Source of the DNA: a virus
IMG/VR virus record: IMGVR_UViG_3300027805_000010
Span: 14,610 to 78,609 of that record
Length of the DNA stretch: 64,000 nt
Reading direction: 5' to 3' (one strand)
Shown: one piece after another, positions 62,647-64,000 of the stretch
How the letters are laid out: each line of letters starts with the position of its first letter
How positions within the stretch are numbered: the stretch's first letter is position 1
Notes under the pieces: model-generated
Told to the model about the DNA's origin: nothing
Database searches by the model: none
Seen by the model: the letters and a program-made list of their open reading frames with translations, nothing else
Position numbers and translations under genes: made by a program

Positions 62647-64000
62647 TGGAATTATCTCTATCAGAAAATAAGAAATATTTAGTAATAGATTCATGTACCG
62701 AATTGGAATATGAACAGCTAAAAAGTAGCCTAACTAAAAAGATAGAAGGTTGGCGGTTTCATCCACTTGTAAAAAAGAAGGTATGGGACGGTAGTATTAC
62801 TTTCATTAAAGGTAATAAAGTACCTGCTGGTCTGTGGAAGGAAGTTATTGATATATGTAAAGAATATGATTTACCTTTCACATTAAATGGCATAACTAAT
62901 ATTTTTGATTCGGCATTAACTGTTGAAACATTTAATACCTGGGTTTCTGATTTTTTTAAAAATTCCGATATAAAGCCACGTGATTATCAGGTAGATGCAG
63001 CATATAAGATTTTAAGATACCGTAGATGTTTAGCCGAATTGGCCACATCTGCAGGTAAGACACTTATATCATTTATGGTTGTAGCTTATATGTTAGAACA
63101 ATTAGGTAAGAAAAAGATACTTATGATTGTTCCTAACGTCAGCCTTGTTGTACAGGCATCTGGTGATTTTGAACAATACAATAAAAGTAGAGTACCTATA
63201 AGAATTCAACAAATATATGCAGGTGTTAAACTTAGACCTAGCTCAAATATTGTTATTGGTACATATCAATCACTTGTGAAATATGATGAAGAATACTTTA
63301 GTCAATTTGATGCAGTATTTGTAGATGAAACTCATAAAGCAAAAGCAACATCAATCCAAACAATTATGGATAAATGTTGGCATTGCGATTATCGTTTCGG
63401 ATTAAGTGGAACAATACCAAAAAGAGGTACGGTTAGTCGTCTTAGCCTTATGTCAGCCATGGGTCCTCTTGTTACACAAATTAAGGCAAACTACTTACAA
63501 GACGAAGGTCATATTGCTAAATGTAAGGTTTTACAAATCCACATGGATTATGCAACCGATGCTCAAAAAGAAGCCTTTTCGTTTCTTTCTAAAAGCCCGC
63601 AAGATCGTCAAAAATTATTTTCATTAGAACAAAACTTTATTAATGAAAATGAAAGGAGACTAGATTTTGTATGTAATGTGGTTAAAAAATCTACATCAAA
63701 CTCACTAGTACTATTTCATAAAATTGCATACGGGGAAAAGCTATATAAAAGACTTAAGGAAATTACGGATAAAAAGGTTTATTATGTAGATGGTTCTGTT
63801 AATGCAGATATCCGTGAAGAATTTAAAGCTAGGATGGAAAAGAATGATGATGTTATTATTGTAGCATCATACGGTACTTTTTCAACTGGTATTTCTATTA
63901 AAAACATACATAATGTATTTTTTACTGAGTCATTTAAATCTGAGGTTATTATTAGACAATCAATTGGTCGTGGGTTAAGACTACATTCAAATAAAGATGT
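62646..64000 (+). CDS. uvsW: SF2 helicase UvsW-like (3'-truncated; absent from ORF track)
   Basis: ATG at 62646 (TAATG overlap); manual translation gives WDG, PRDYQ, LATSAGKT, VDETH, GLSGT, ASYGTFSTGISI, QSIGRGLR; open to the window end. Confidence 0.92.
   Translation, partial: MELSLSENKKYLVIDSCTELEYEQLKSSLTKKIEGWRFHPLVKKKVWDGSITFIKGNKVPAGLWKEVIDICKEYDLPFTLNGITNIFDSALTVETFNTWVSDFFKNSDIKPRDYQVDAAYKILRYRRCLAELATSAGKTLISFMVVAYMLEQLGKKKILMIVPNVSLVVQASGDFEQYNKSRVPIRIQQIYAGVKLRPSSNIVIGTYQSLVKYDEEYFSQFDAVFVDETHKAKATSIQTIMDKCWHCDYRFGLSGTIPKRGTVSRLSLMSAMGPLVTQIKANYLQDEGHIAKCKVLQIHMDYATDAQKEAFSFLSKSPQDRQKLFSLEQNFINENERRLDFVCNVVKKSTSNSLVLFHKIAYGEKLYKRLKEITDKKVYYVDGSVNADIREEFKARMEKNDDVIIVASYGTFSTGISIKNIHNVFFTESFKSEVIIRQSIGRGLRLHSNKD

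Noticed and set aside
63406-63627. 73-aa ORF in the track
   Set aside because: Out-of-frame overlap inside the UvsW helicase gene.

Overview
AT-rich, densely coding, almost entirely + strand segment of a large T4-like (contractile-tailed, probably jumbo) bacteriophage. Promoters of the type TTT(C/T)-N19-TA(T/A)ATTT(A/G), the lack of Shine-Dalgarno sites and the lipoproteins point to a Bacteroidota host (inference). Layout: (1) 1-3603, the end of an operon of exported proteins: a Gly/Ser-linker beta-strand protein, a nested C-type-lectin/LamG/dockerin-like protein, a CsgG-like protein and an HExxH peptidase. (2) 3668-14516, accessory and metabolic genes: split PNKP, lipoproteins, PspC, GH73 glucosaminidase, DnaJ, ATP-dependent DNA ligase, HAD, dCMP deaminase, and a four-gene minus-strand island, three of whose genes have T4 internal-protein-like leaders. 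(3) 14545-58730, virion module: two collagen-like fibres, gp53/gp27/gp5/gp13/gp25/gp6-like proteins and several very large structural proteins, with an embedded 4-domain ribosomal protein S1 homologue, a PKD-LRR protein and a degenerate amidoligase. (4) 58742-64000, replication/recombination: RuvC-like, GroES, gp32 SSB, gp61 primase, UvsY and UvsW (runs off the window; absent from the ORF track). Three promoter-like motif classes can be read from the DNA. groES is bracketed by a 13+9 bp inverted repeat and the SSB leader carries a GGCA array. No tRNA, rRNA, CRISPR array, integrase, transposase or reverse transcriptase was recognised. All product calls come from motif recognition by eye, not from database searches.
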